Of a stretch of DNA of 64,000 bases, positions 8,866 to 18,588 are shown piece after piece (within the stretch, counting starts at the first letter, position 1; each line of letters opens with the position of its first letter). The stretch is taken from positions 9,088-73,087 of the forward strand of contig JAMCTH010000010.1 in NCBI GenBank assembly GCA_023379025.1, given 5' to 3'. The stretch comes from Patescibacteria group bacterium (GTDB lineage Bacteria > Patescibacteriota > Microgenomatia > UBA10105 > UBA927). The notes under the pieces were generated by a model, which saw only the letters and a program-made list of their open reading frames with translations, had not been told where the DNA came from and made no database searches. A program made the position numbers and the translations under genes.

Positions 8866-10085
8866 AATCAGTACAACCATTAAAAGGTTTTCGGGATATA
8901 TTACCTCCCGATGCCAAAAAACGGCAGTGGGTGAAAGCTGTCATGGTCAAAACTGCCGAGCGCTGGGGCTATGAGCCTATTGAGACGCCGACGCTTGAAC
9001 ACCTTTCCCTTTTCGAGGGGGAAATCGGTGAAGACGAAAAACTATTTTTCGGATTTCGTGATCAGGGCGGCAGAGACGTAGCGCTTCGGTATGACCAGTC
9101 AGTTCCAACATGCCGGTATGTTGCAAATAACCTTTCTGCAATTACGCTCCCCTTCCGCAGATACCAATTCCAAAACGTATTCCGGGCTGAAAAACCGCAA
9201 AAAGGGAGGTACCGAGAATTTACCCAGTTTGACACGGATATTTTCGGCGTCAAAGATGCCACAGCCGACGCAGAAGTGATCGCCCTTAATCTCGATACGT
9301 ACTTAAAAATTGGCTTCAAAAAACCGCTCATCATCTTCAACAACCGTGATCTCATGAAGGGCATCCCCTACCAGGCTATTGTTGCGATCGATAAGCTCAA
9401 AAAAATCGGTGAAGACGGAGTCATTGAGGATATGATCGGAAAAGGTATCGATAGATCAAAAGCCAAAGAATATCTCCGTCTCGTTCAAAGCATAAAGCCG
9501 GATCAAACAGTCAATACCATCATCACGTACCTCGAAAAGTCCGGCTTTGACAGCCAATTTTATAAATTTGAGCCGACGCTAGCCCGGTCATTTTCCTATT
9601 CCCAGGGTCCTATCTGGGAAATAATCATTGAGGACTATACCGTCGGATCTGTCGGAGGCGGCGAACGCTACGACGGCATGATGAAGCGGTTAACTGGCCT
9701 GGATATCCCGGCAACAGGTATCGCCTACGGCTTCGACCGGACAGTGGAAGCGGCGGACCAACTTGGTCTCATCCCGCAAACGGCGATTACGCAGATCTTA
9801 GTCACCCTCTTTTCACCTGAGCTTCAGGAACACATGCTTCTTTTAGCAAAAACCCTACGCGGAGCCGGTATCAGTACGGAGCTATACCCGGATATGAATG
9901 CGAGGATTGATAAACAGCTTAGATATGCTGACCGAAAGGGTATTCCCTACGTTCTTATCCAGGGGCCGGATGAATTGACCAAAAATGTCCTCATCCTCAA
10001 GGATATGCGCACAGGAAAACAGGAGGAACTCTCTATGAACGAGGTGGTAGAGAAACTCAAAACGAACCGAACCGAGTTTCCATGA
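8862..10085 (+). CDS. hisS: histidyl-tRNA synthetase
   Basis: 407 aa. LKGFRDILP motif 1, RYDQSVP, and RYQFQNVFRAEKPQKGRYREFTQFDTDIFG motif 2; class II aaRS core plus anticodon-binding domain. Confidence 0.92.
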   Translation: MKSVQPLKGFRDILPPDAKKRQWVKAVMVKTAERWGYEPIETPTLEHLSLFEGEIGEDEKLFFGFRDQGGRDVALRYDQSVPTCRYVANNLSAITLPFRRYQFQNVFRAEKPQKGRYREFTQFDTDIFGVKDATADAEVIALNLDTYLKIGFKKPLIIFNNRDLMKGIPYQAIVAIDKLKKIGEDGVIEDMIGKGIDRSKAKEYLRLVQSIKPDQTVNTIITYLEKSGFDSQFYKFEPTLARSFSYSQGPIWEIIIEDYTVGSVGGGERYDGMMKRLTGLDIPATGIAYGFDRTVEAADQLGLIPQTAITQILVTLFSPELQEHMLLLAKTLRGAGISTELYPDMNARIDKQLRYADRKGIPYVLIQGPDELTKNVLILKDMRTGKQEELSMNEVVEKLKTNRTEFP

Positions 10086-11092
10086 AACTCACGACTGTCC
10101 AAAAGGCATACCTGGCTCTTATCACCGCCAATGTCATCTGGGGTGCGGCATCACCCATATTCAAACTGAGCCTCGAGCACATCCCGCCCTATACTCTTGC
10201 CTTCTGGCGTTTTTTCATAGCCTCACTTATCCTCCTCCCCTACGCCCTTATGCAGAAACCGGTACGGTTTAAGGAAAAGAAAGATTTACTGCTTCTTCTC
10301 GGATATGCCTTTTCCGGTATCACCATAAACATCCTGTTCTTCTTCTGGGGCATCCAGCGTACCTATGCCCTAAACGGCCCGATCATCGCCTCATCGGCTC
10401 CGATTGTCACGATGGTGTTTGCCATGCTCCTCCTCCGCGAAAAATTCCGGCTCCGTAAATTTCTGGGCATCATCTGTGGTTCGATCGGGATACTCACGAT
10501 CGTTCTTGAACCACTGCTTTCCAAAGGATTGGGAGGGACCGTCGCCGGCAACAGTCTGCTGTTTGTTGCCATGCTCGGAGCGGTCGGGTCAATGATCGTG
10601 GGACGGGCACTCTTCCGTCGGTACAACCCCCTGACGCTGACGTTCTGGATATTTACCGTCGGATGGGCCAGCTTCCTGCCGCTTGCGGTCTATGATGCCG
10701 TCTCCATCCCCAACCTCTACCGGTCCCTGCACCCTCTGGCGTACCTCGGCATTATCTACGGCGGATTTTTTTCCTCGGCTCTTGCCTATGCCTGCCTCAA
10801 CTGGGGACTGTCGAAAATTCCGGCAACCGATTCGTCGCTTTTTACCTACATTGATCCGGTTGTCGGCACGGTGCTTGCTACCATCCTTCTGCATGAGCCG
10901 GTCACGAAGCTGTTCCTTCTGGGAACGGTCCTCATTTTCGGGGGGATCTATGCCGCGGAAGGCCGGCTCCATTACCACCCCTTCGGAAAGCTGAGACAGG
11001 CATCACCTTCTCTGCCACTAGCTCCTCCCCAAGTGCGGGTCATCCCCAAGCGTGAGGCTGCTGCCGCGCTCGAACGGATATTTTCCAAATAG
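10082..11092 (+). CDS. EamA/DMT-family transporter (10 TM)
   Basis: 336 aa with two EamA repeats of hydrophobic helices; 4-nt overlap with hisS; about 45-aa hydrophilic C-terminal tail. Confidence 0.8.
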   Translation: MKLTTVQKAYLALITANVIWGAASPIFKLSLEHIPPYTLAFWRFFIASLILLPYALMQKPVRFKEKKDLLLLLGYAFSGITINILFFFWGIQRTYALNGPIIASSAPIVTMVFAMLLLREKFRLRKFLGIICGSIGILTIVLEPLLSKGLGGTVAGNSLLFVAMLGAVGSMIVGRALFRRYNPLTLTFWIFTVGWASFLPLAVYDAVSIPNLYRSLHPLAYLGIIYGGFFSSALAYACLNWGLSKIPATDSSLFTYIDPVVGTVLATILLHEPVTKLFLLGTVLIFGGIYAAEGRLHYHPFGKLRQASPSLPLAPPQVRVIPKREAAAALERIFSK

Positions 11093-11098
11093 ACGAAC

Positions 11099-11149
11099 TG
11101 TAGAAATCGATTGAAAGGAGGGCGCGTTCCCGCCAACCGATTTCTACAA
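11099..11149. terminator. bidirectional hairpin between convergent genes
   Basis: ctgtagaaatcgattg ... caaccgatttctacag forms a roughly 15-bp stem with a GC-rich loop (ggagggcgcgttcccgcc). It lies between the EamA stop (11092) and the stop of the convergent minus-strand gene (11171). No strong T-run. Confidence 0.45.
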
Positions 11150-11170
11150 AAGGACAAAAAGGAGAGACGA

Positions 11171-11617
11171 TTAAAGTACTGCGAGCACTTCCCTGAGCTT
11201 GGTAAGAGTGTCAATATTGTTGACGTTGAACTCATCCGCTGCAATAACTAGCGCTGCTTCTTCGCACACTGGCACGGGGCTCTTAGCCGGATCATAGAAC
11301 ATGATGATGCAGGCATCACGGTTGACGAGACGTACATATCTCGCAAGATCCACCCCGGTCCGCAAGCTACCCTGGTCCACGAGACGTGGTAAATCCATGG
11401 ATTGCACCGTTTCATCGACGTTCTCGTTGACAATAATGACAACATTGGCGTTAACCAGATCTCTCAGAGATTCGGCAGGATACCATTCGAAACTCTCCGA
11501 ATCCAAATACAATGCTGCAGTAAGTACAACTTGTGCTCGATCCGCTGCAAGATCTGTATTCGCCTCAGGTTGCATAACTACAACGAGCATATCAGCTCTC
11601 ATTGTTTTACTCCTCAC
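11171..11617 (-). CDS. hypothetical protein
   Basis: 148-aa ORF (MRADMLVVVMQPEANTD...); alternative ATG start at about 11599; no motif confidently recognised. Confidence 0.55.
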   Translation of the reverse strand: MRSKTMRADMLVVVMQPEANTDLAADRAQVVLTAALYLDSESFEWYPAESLRDLVNANVVIIVNENVDETVQSMDLPRLVDQGSLRTGVDLARYVRLVNRDACIIMFYDPAKSPVPVCEEAALVIAADEFNVNNIDTLTKLREVLAVL

Positions 11618-11772
11618 TTGAACGCCCTTTTAATCTCCTTTTTGTCAACGAACTTGCCTTCTCTATTTACACGCAATTGTGTTTGAAAGCATCGTAAGTC
11701 TATAGGGTATTGGCCATTCTGTCAAACTCTCTCCGACTTCCCTTTTCCATGGATTTTTTGTACAATACGTCT

Positions 11773-12081
11773 ATGAAATCCAATATCCATCCTCAGTGGT
11801 TTCCGAATGCCCGGGTGTCGTGTGCGTGTGGCAATACCTTTACGGTAGGCGCAACTAAGGAAGTCATCCAAGTCGAAATCTGCTCCAAGTGCCACCCATT
11901 TTTCACTGGCGAGATGAAATTCATCGATACGCTCGGGCGCGTCGAACGCTTCCAGCAGAAACAGCAGGTTGCCAAAGTCGCTGCGGCAAGTCTTGCGGAA
12001 AAGAAAAAGAAAAAGAAGGAACGTGAAGAACAGCTCCGCACCCCGAAATCCCTCAAAGAAATGCTCATGGGGACTCAATAG
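11773..12081 (+). CDS. rpmE: 50S ribosomal protein L31 with Lys/Glu-rich C-terminal extension
   Basis: Track ORF 11710-12081; conserved L31 start [10 protein letters not shown]...CACGNTF...[10 protein letters not shown] begins at ATG 11773. About 35-aa tail [15 protein letters not shown].... Confidence 0.88.
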   Translation: MKSNIHPQWFPNARVSCACGNTFTVGATKEVIQVEICSKCHPFFTGEMKFIDTLGRVERFQQKQQVAKVAAASLAEKKKKKKEREEQLRTPKSLKEMLMGTQ

Positions 12082-12135
12082 CAACACGAGCAATACACGT
12101 TACTTCGTTGCTTCGTAAACTTCATTTGCTTTTTT

Positions 12136-12175
12136 CGAACTAACGAACTAACGAATGAACGAACTAACGATGAAT
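12136..12175 (+). repeat. five tandem 8-nt repeats (CGAACTAA x3, CGAATGAA, CGATGAAT) overlapping the release-factor start codon(s)
   Basis: ttCGAACTAACGAACTAACGAATGAACGAACTAACGATGAAT; both candidate ATGs (12155 and 12169) lie inside the array. Confidence 0.7.
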
Positions 12176-12871
12176 CAAGACGTAGCTATTCTCGAATTCC
12201 GTCCGGGTCCGGGCGGCGACGAGGCCCGAATCTGGGCTGGTGATCTCATGCGGATGTATCTGCGTTATGCCGGGCTCCAAGGCTGGAAAACCGAACAGAT
12301 CAGCGACAATTCTATCCGCATCCGGGGGCCGCAGGCATTTACCAAACTGCAATATGAAGCAGGCACCCACCGCGTGCAGCGTGTGCCGACGACGGAGCGC
12401 CAGGGCAGAATCCACACCTCAACCGCGACCGTAGCCGTCCTGCCGGAAATTCCGGAAACCGAGATTGTCATACGACCGGAAGATCTGGAATGGGATTTCT
12501 ACCGGAGCGGCGGCAAAGGCGGGCAGAACGTCAACAAAGTAAGCTCTGCCGTACGCCTTCGTCATAAGCCGACCGGCATCATCGTGACCGCCCAGACGGA
12601 GCGCGATCAGTTTCAGAACCGTCAGATGGCCATGTCCCTTCTTCGCGGCAAGCTCTGGGAACAGGAAGAAATCAAAAAATCTCAGATGCTAAGCGAACAG
12701 CGCAGTATTATCGGCCGGGGTATGCGGGCGGAAAAAATACGCACTTACAACTACCCGCAAAACCGCGTGACGGACCACCGGATCGGCAAGAGCTGGCATA
12801 CCCTCGAGGATATCGTCAACGGCAGGTTGCAGAACGTAACGGAGGCGTTAAGCTCCGGCAGCCTTGGCTAA
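12155..12871 (+). CDS. prfA: class-I peptide chain release factor (RF1-like) lacking N-terminal domain 1
   Basis: 233-238 aa. Aligns to E. coli RF1 from about residue 107 onward. Codon-recognition region RVQRVPTTERQGRIHTS (PxT-type, PTT) and GGQ motif SGGKGGQNVNKV. Only 73 nt separate it from rpmE, so there is no room for domain 1. Confidence 0.85.
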   Translation: MNELTMNQDVAILEFRPGPGGDEARIWAGDLMRMYLRYAGLQGWKTEQISDNSIRIRGPQAFTKLQYEAGTHRVQRVPTTERQGRIHTSTATVAVLPEIPETEIVIRPEDLEWDFYRSGGKGGQNVNKVSSAVRLRHKPTGIIVTAQTERDQFQNRQMAMSLLRGKLWEQEEIKKSQMLSEQRSIIGRGMRAEKIRTYNYPQNRVTDHRIGKSWHTLEDIVNGRLQNVTEALSSGSLG

Positions 12872-12882
12872 CGAAATTACCG

Positions 12883-14061
12883 CTACTGGCTGCTTTGGTT
12901 TCCGAGGGTCACGGACACGGTAAGCGTCTTCCCGTCCCGCCAGAGCTTGACGGCAAGTGTCTGGCCGACTTTTGTCTTGCCGATGATTGCCGCCAGGTCG
13001 TTGGTGCCGCTTACCCTGGTGCCGCCGATATCCGTGATGATATCCCCGTTCTGAATCCCTGCCGTCTCCGCCGGACTCCCGGTCACGACATCCACGATAT
13101 ACGCCCCTTCCGGAACGTCGTTCATAATGGCAAGGTCTTTGGTCACCATCTTAAACCGTACCCCGAGATAGGGCCGGTTAAACTGACCGGTCTGGTTGAA
13201 GTTCTTCAGCGCATCCTTGATGACGTTGATCGGGATGGCGAAACCGATATTCTGTCCCTGCTGGGAGACTGCGGTATTGATGCCGATCACCTGCCCCGCG
13301 GAGTTGAGAAGCGGCCCGCCGGAGTTACCCGGGTTGATTGCCGCCGATGTCTGGATCACGTCATCAAGCCGTTCCACATACCCCTCATACGGGCTTCCGG
13401 CAGTGATGCCGCGCCCCAAGCCCGATACAACGCCGGTCGTCACCGTGCTCCTGAATTCCCCAAGCGCCGTACCGATGGCGATTGCCAGCTGCCCGACCTG
13501 TATTTTTGACGAATCCCCCATCACGACCGTCGGCAGGTTCGAAGCATCGATTTTAAGAATTGCCAGGTCATTGGCCGGATCGCGGTAGATTTTGGTAACG
13601 TCATAGGTCTTGCTGGTTGCCGTAATAATCCGGTACTTTGCCGTCGTATCCGATACGACGTGCTTATTGGTGATAATAAGCCCGTCGCTCTCAACGATAA
13701 AACCCGACCCGATGTCCTGCTCCTGCGGCTGGCTGTTCCCGGGAACCTGCTGAAAGGGAGCAAACGGGTCAAACGGATTGACCTGAAAATAGCTTTGCTG
13801 ACCGGACTGCGTAATCCCGACGGTCACAACCGCAGGGGAGGCTTTTTTCACGACATCGATCACGACGGATTCTTCGGAAACCACGTTCACCTTTTCCCGC
13901 CCGGCAGAAAGAGGAGGCGTTGTCAGCGCCTGCTCCGGTATATACCGTGAGATGCTGCCGGCAATCGAGGACCACTTGAGCCCGAATACTCCGGAACTTA
14001 CGAGTCCGCCGATGACCAAAACGATTGCGGCAGGGACAAGAAGCGCTTTCTGGTATTTCAT
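12883..14061 (-). CDS. htrA: HtrA/DegP-family serine protease with PDZ domain
   Basis: 392 aa. N-terminal TM anchor, trypsin-like catalytic region including GNSGGPLLN, and a C-terminal PDZ. Confidence 0.9.
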   Translation of the reverse strand: MKYQKALLVPAAIVLVIGGLVSSGVFGLKWSSIAGSISRYIPEQALTTPPLSAGREKVNVVSEESVVIDVVKKASPAVVTVGITQSGQQSYFQVNPFDPFAPFQQVPGNSQPQEQDIGSGFIVESDGLIITNKHVVSDTTAKYRIITATSKTYDVTKIYRDPANDLAILKIDASNLPTVVMGDSSKIQVGQLAIAIGTALGEFRSTVTTGVVSGLGRGITAGSPYEGYVERLDDVIQTSAAINPGNSGGPLLNSAGQVIGINTAVSQQGQNIGFAIPINVIKDALKNFNQTGQFNRPYLGVRFKMVTKDLAIMNDVPEGAYIVDVVTGSPAETAGIQNGDIITDIGGTRVSGTNDLAAIIGKTKVGQTLAVKLWRDGKTLTVSVTLGNQSSQ

Positions 14062-14080
14062 AGGCCGTCCTCTTCGGATA

Positions 14081-15388
14081 TCATTGTGCCAACAGTTCTA
14101 CTGCTTTCGCAAGCTGTGCGTCATGCGTCGCGTCATTTGTGTCCAGGGCAACGGTTATATCGGGAGTTATGCCCGTTTTATTTATGGATGTTCCGTCCGG
14201 AGTGAGCCATTTGCCCGTCGTAATATGGAGCCCTGCCCCTCCCGGCAAATCCTGCGGCGTCTGGACTGACCCCTTCCCGAACGTCGTCTCTCCGACCAGG
14301 GTTGCCCTCTTGTCATCATGGAGAGCCCCGGAAACGATTTCCGCCGCCGACGCGGTCCCCTTGTTCACGAGAACAACCATCGGGATGGTCAGGAGCTGGC
14401 CCTGACGGTCAACGCCGTAATTCTGGCGCGATCCGTCGCTGTTAACCTGGGTAACGATCGTGCCGCTTCTGATGAATTCGCTTCCGACAAACACCGCCCC
14501 GTCCAGGTACCCGCCCGGATTATCCCGGAGATCAAGAATGAGACCCAAAAGCCTGCCGTCTTTTGCCTGGGCAGCAAGGATGTCCTTCACTGCCTGATCC
14601 CACTCTCCGTTGGTGTTATCTCCAAAGCGCGTAAGGCGGATATAGGCGACTTCCTTGGATGAACGGGAAAGTGCCGCGGTACCGGGAAGTCCGGCGATCT
14701 CCGGTATGGCACGGACGTTCTTCACCCAGTCCTCGACCGACGGCACCGTAATCGTATCACGGACTATGGGAAGGTCGATGGGCTGTGTATCGTTTTCATG
14801 AAGGATGGTCAGGGTCACCGTCGTGCCTTTCGGTCCCCGTATTTTGGCTACCGCCTGGGATATGGACCAGTCCGTTGTGTCGAGGCCGTCCACCTTCAGA
14901 ATGAAATCGCCTGCACGGACTCCGGCTTTCATGGCCGGCGTATTTTTGACCGGCGCAATGACCATGAGATGGTTCTCCTTCATCCCGAGTTCAATTCCAA
15001 CGCCTTCAATTGACCCGCCCAGGTCTTCTTTAAACTGCTCGTTTTCCTTGGGCGGCAGGAACGTCGTATACGGGTCTCCTACCGCATGGACCATACCGGT
15101 AATCGCTCCGTATACCATCTCTTGTGCATTGAGCTGGGACGCATCAATGTAAGAGCGGAAAATCCGCTGCCATACATTCCAAAAGAGAGAAAAATCTACG
15201 GTCGTTTGGGGAGGCGTTTCCTCGTGAAGGACAACGCGGCTCTCCGGGGAAATACCCACGGACACTTTGTGAAGACCCAGATTATAGCCGACCCCTCCGG
15301 CCACAATAAGAAGCGCTGCAATGAGGATAAACGGACGGATTTTTGAAAAAGGAAGTTGTTTCATGTAGCCATCATACCCCAGCGACAC
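14081..15388 (-). CDS. ctpA: C-terminal processing peptidase (S41, CtpA-like) with PDZ domain
   Basis: 435 aa; TM anchor, PDZ segment, S41 catalytic region (GTASAAEIVSGALHD, tail-specific protease pattern). Confidence 0.85.
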   Translation of the reverse strand: MSLGYDGYMKQLPFSKIRPFILIAALLIVAGGVGYNLGLHKVSVGISPESRVVLHEETPPQTTVDFSLFWNVWQRIFRSYIDASQLNAQEMVYGAITGMVHAVGDPYTTFLPPKENEQFKEDLGGSIEGVGIELGMKENHLMVIAPVKNTPAMKAGVRAGDFILKVDGLDTTDWSISQAVAKIRGPKGTTVTLTILHENDTQPIDLPIVRDTITVPSVEDWVKNVRAIPEIAGLPGTAALSRSSKEVAYIRLTRFGDNTNGEWDQAVKDILAAQAKDGRLLGLILDLRDNPGGYLDGAVFVGSEFIRSGTIVTQVNSDGSRQNYGVDRQGQLLTIPMVVLVNKGTASAAEIVSGALHDDKRATLVGETTFGKGSVQTPQDLPGGAGLHITTGKWLTPDGTSINKTGITPDITVALDTNDATHDAQLAKAVELLAQ

Positions 15389-15450
15389 ACGCTTTCACCA
15401 TACCCGAATTCCATGAAAAAATCATGAATGCCGGTTCCCTACTCCTGCCC

Positions 15451-15693
15451 TCACGCACGGACGACAAACGGCAAAAGCGCGAGATGCCTTGCGCGCTTGA
15501 CCGTTCGGGTGAGTGCGCGCTGGTGTTTGCTGCAGAGTCCCGACCGCTCGCGCGAGAGAATTTTTCCGCGTTCGCTAAGGAAACGCGATAGTGAACCGGT
15601 ATCCAGAACATCCGGTGCCGTTTTCCCTTCACAAAACAGGCATACCTGCGCCACCGGTCTGACTTTCCTGATTTTTCTTGTTTTTTTCAGCAT
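15451..15693 (-). CDS. rpsR: 30S ribosomal protein S18
   Basis: 80 aa; CLFCEGK...[42 protein letters not shown] matches the S18 consensus. Confidence 0.92.
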   Translation of the reverse strand: MLKKTRKIRKVRPVAQVCLFCEGKTAPDVLDTGSLSRFLSERGKILSRERSGLCSKHQRALTRTVKRARHLALLPFVVRA

Positions 15694-15767
15694 ATTTCTC
15701 TCCTATGAAAGACAAAAACCGCCGTCAACTGCGGTACGTTTCATGCACATGCCCCCTGCCCTGACCA

Positions 15768-16331
15768 TCAAAACGGAATGTCATCCGGATTGACGTCTTC
15801 GTCTCCTGTCGGTTTCGGATTTTGCTGGGCCTGGGTCGGCGCACCATCACCCGCCCCGTGCTGCTGTTTTACCGGCTTGCCTGACTGCGGCTTCCCGCCG
15901 GCGTGTTGCGGAGCGGGTGTTTTTACGGCACTTCCTGTTCCCTCTCTGGCCTGCAGAGGGTCGGACCCTGTTTCATCCGCCACTATCCCCGGCCGGCGGG
16001 AATCAAGGAGGATCATATCCTCTATGATGACTTCCGTCGTGCTGCGCTGGTTGCCGTCCTGACCCTGCCACGTCGACGTCCTGAGTCTCCCCTCGACATA
16101 GACCTTCCGCCCTTTAGTCAGGAGCTGCCCACAAAGCTCAGCAAGCTTATTCCAGGCTACGACCCGGTGAAACTCCGTTTCTTCCTTTTTCTCGCCCGAT
16201 TCGGCGGACCAGGTGCGGTTCGTCGCAAGGCCGATCGTACAGACCGGTACACCGGTCGGCGTATACCGGAGTTCGGGATCACGCGTCAGGTTTCCGATAA
16301 GCATGACCTTATTGAGACTTCTGGATGCCAT
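15768..16331 (-). CDS. ssb: single-stranded DNA-binding protein
   Basis: 187 aa. OB-fold N-terminus (NKVMLIGNLTRDPELRYTPTG), Gly/Gln/Pro-rich linker, and the acidic C-terminal tail ending DDIPF. Confidence 0.92.
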   Translation of the reverse strand: MASRSLNKVMLIGNLTRDPELRYTPTGVPVCTIGLATNRTWSAESGEKKEETEFHRVVAWNKLAELCGQLLTKGRKVYVEGRLRTSTWQGQDGNQRSTTEVIIEDMILLDSRRPGIVADETGSDPLQAREGTGSAVKTPAPQHAGGKPQSGKPVKQQHGAGDGAPTQAQQNPKPTGDEDVNPDDIPF

Positions 16332-16334
16332 ACG

Positions 16335-16622
16335 TTACTGCTTAGCCGTCAGGAGATACCGCAGTATGTCCTGACCCAGGGCAAGCTGTTTCTCAAGATC
16401 CGCGACCCGGATGGGCCGGTCGCTCGTCAGCCTAGTTTTCCAATATACTCCTTCCCTTTTTTTCGCGATTTCGTACGCGAGCTGTTTCCTGCCGAGCGGA
16501 GTAATCTCCGAAACCGACACACCGTCTCCTACAAACTTCTCTATCCGCTCTTTCTTCTGTGTATCATCTTCATCCGGCAAATCCGGACGGAGAATGAGGA
16601 CAAGATCATACGACCGTTTCAT
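16335..16622 (-). CDS. rpsF: 30S ribosomal protein S6
   Basis: Track ORF 16335-16658; S6-like MKRSYDLVLILRPDL... starts at ATG 16622. Canonical rpsF-ssb-rpsR order. Confidence 0.85.
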   Translation of the reverse strand: MKRSYDLVLILRPDLPDEDDTQKKERIEKFVGDGVSVSEITPLGRKQLAYEIAKKREGVYWKTRLTSDRPIRVADLEKQLALGQDILRYLLTAKQ

Positions 16623-16681
16623 AGCTGTCATGATACCATGAACCCGTTGATTTCTCAACCAGAAACGAGACCCATGACGGA

Positions 16682-17794
16682 TTATGTTCCGATCTTAAAT
16701 TCTACCACGTCGCCATCCTGCAGTTCATAATCCTTTCCTTCACTCCGGACCTTCCCGGCGTCCCGGGATTTCACCCATCCGGGAGCAGCGACGAACGTGT
16801 CAAAGTCTACGACATCCGCTTTTATGAATTTCTTTTCGAAATCCGTATGGATCACTCCGGCGGCCTGGGGCGCCTTGGTACCTTTGGCGATGGTCCATGC
16901 ACGCGACTCCTTGACTCCGCAGGTTAGAAATGACACAAGTCCGAGCATCTCATAGGCTTTCCGGATCAGGCGATTGAGCGCCGGTTCACTGAGGCCTAAT
17001 TCTTTAAGATATTGTGTTTGTTCCTCTTCCGAAAGGCTCGCCAGTTCATACTCTGTTTTAGCAGAAACCACAATTGTGTCATGCCGAACCTGATCCGATA
17101 CCTCAATAAGCATAGAACGTTCTTTCCCATCTGAAACACCACCCTTTGCGAGTTGTTTTTCTGAAACATTCAGCACGTAGAGAACCGGCTTCATTGTAAG
17201 GAGGTTTACATCCCGGATCGCCTCCCGTTCCTCCGGATCCGTTACCACAATCCGCGCCGGTTTACCGCTGTTTAAGCTATCAAGTAATTTTTTTATAACC
17301 TGCCAGCGCTCCTGAATTTTTCGGTCTGTAACCCCTCGGGGTTCTGCCTGCTTGGTAAGCGTCTGGAGGTCGGCGAGAATAAGCTCCGTTTCAATGGTTT
17401 CCTTATCCTGCACGGGATTAATGTCACCGGCGACATGCACTACTGACGGGTCCTCAAAAAATCTGAGCACGTTGATGAGGAGATGTACTTCACGGATATG
17501 GGCAAGAAACTTGTTGCCGAGCCCCTGACCTTCTGACGCACCTTTCACGAGTCCCGCGATATCCACAAACTCGACGACCGCCGGTACGAGCGGCGGCTTC
17601 TTCCCTTCCGTCTCCTCAACGACTCCGGCCAGTGCCTCAAGGCGCGGGTCCGGCACCGGAACAATGCCGACGTTGGGCTCAATCGTGCAAAACGGATACG
17701 GCGCCGCATCGGCGACCTGCTTTTTGAGAAGCGCGTTGAAGAGTGTACTTTTCCCGGCATTTGGCAATCCGACTATGCCGACTTTGAGATTCAT
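16682..17794 (-). CDS. ychF: ribosome-binding ATPase YchF (Obg-family GTPase)
   Basis: 370 aa; G1 [14 protein letters not shown], and the TGS C-terminal domain. Confidence 0.92.
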   Translation of the reverse strand: MNLKVGIVGLPNAGKSTLFNALLKKQVADAAPYPFCTIEPNVGIVPVPDPRLEALAGVVEETEGKKPPLVPAVVEFVDIAGLVKGASEGQGLGNKFLAHIREVHLLINVLRFFEDPSVVHVAGDINPVQDKETIETELILADLQTLTKQAEPRGVTDRKIQERWQVIKKLLDSLNSGKPARIVVTDPEEREAIRDVNLLTMKPVLYVLNVSEKQLAKGGVSDGKERSMLIEVSDQVRHDTIVVSAKTEYELASLSEEEQTQYLKELGLSEPALNRLIRKAYEMLGLVSFLTCGVKESRAWTIAKGTKAPQAAGVIHTDFEKKFIKADVVDFDTFVAAPGWVKSRDAGKVRSEGKDYELQDGDVVEFKIGT

Positions 17795-17889
17795 GGTGTA
17801 AAAAAGGGTGTATTGGCGAGCCTAATTTGGCTTGACAAATCGACCTAAGTTTAGTATAGTCTGGAAAGAATTACCACGGAAAGCGCCCT

Positions 17890-18402
17890 TTAAGGTTTGT
17901 CCTTACGGGGTTCTTTCTTTTTATACGCTACTTTTTTCTTCAGATCGCTTAAAAACCCCAGACAGCCTGACGGAACACGTTTGAGCAGTGCTGAATACTT
18001 TTGCTGATTTGGAATGAGCAGCTTCTGAAGCTTATTCTTTTGAATGAGATACTCTGCCAAACAATAAAAATCTCCATCTCCCGTGACAATCACCGCCTGC
18101 CCATAATCAGGATAATCGATCATAGCCTGCAGCACAAGCTCCGCATCGCAGTTTCCTTTAACGGTACCGTCTTTATATTTTAATGTCGGCTTAAAGATAA
18201 GAACGTAGCCCTTTTCCTGCAGTGATTTATACAGGTTTGCATTACTTTCGATATAACCGATAAATATATACGCCTTTACAACATGATACTTTTCCTCAAG
18301 GTACACGCGGAATCGTCGATAATCGAGTTTCCAACCCATCTCCCGGAAAGACATATTGAGATTTTGACTATCGATAAAAGCGAAGTTTTTCTGCTTTTTC
18401 AT
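17890..18402 (-). CDS. NYN-domain (LabA/PIN-like) putative ribonuclease
   Basis: 170 aa; AFIDSQNL ... CDAELVLQAMIDY ... AVIVTGDGDF acidic residues typical of NYN/LabA nucleases. Local GC about 42 %, against about 57 % in neighbouring core genes. Confidence 0.7.
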   Translation of the reverse strand: MKKQKNFAFIDSQNLNMSFREMGWKLDYRRFRVYLEEKYHVVKAYIFIGYIESNANLYKSLQEKGYVLIFKPTLKYKDGTVKGNCDAELVLQAMIDYPDYGQAVIVTGDGDFYCLAEYLIQKNKLQKLLIPNQQKYSALLKRVPSGCLGFLSDLKKKVAYKKKEPRKDKP

Positions 18403-18588
18403 GCTTTGAATATATCACATATGTAAAACGAAGAATTGCTTGCTCGCCAGTTCTCTTTGGGTATGTAATACTGGTTTACGCGGAAAAACAGTGCGGATAT
18501 CCGATTACAGATCTGTTTCTTCCGACTGTTGCTGTAAATTATGGCAGAGCGGCATCTCATTTGATAGAAAAAATGATATAGGCGTGAA

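Noticed and set aside
12082-12135. Intrinsic terminator after rpmE
   Set aside because: A T-run (ttgcttttttcg) is present but the preceding stem (acgagcaa/ttgcttcgt) is imperfect and short. Left uncalled.
12155-12871. Assignment of the short release factor as PrfH or ArfB rescue factor
   Set aside because: ArfB lacks the codon-recognition domain, which is present here. PrfH is normally paired with an RtcB-like ligase gene, and none is adjacent. Synteny with rpmE fits the primary prfA locus, so it is called RF1-like with domain 1 deleted.
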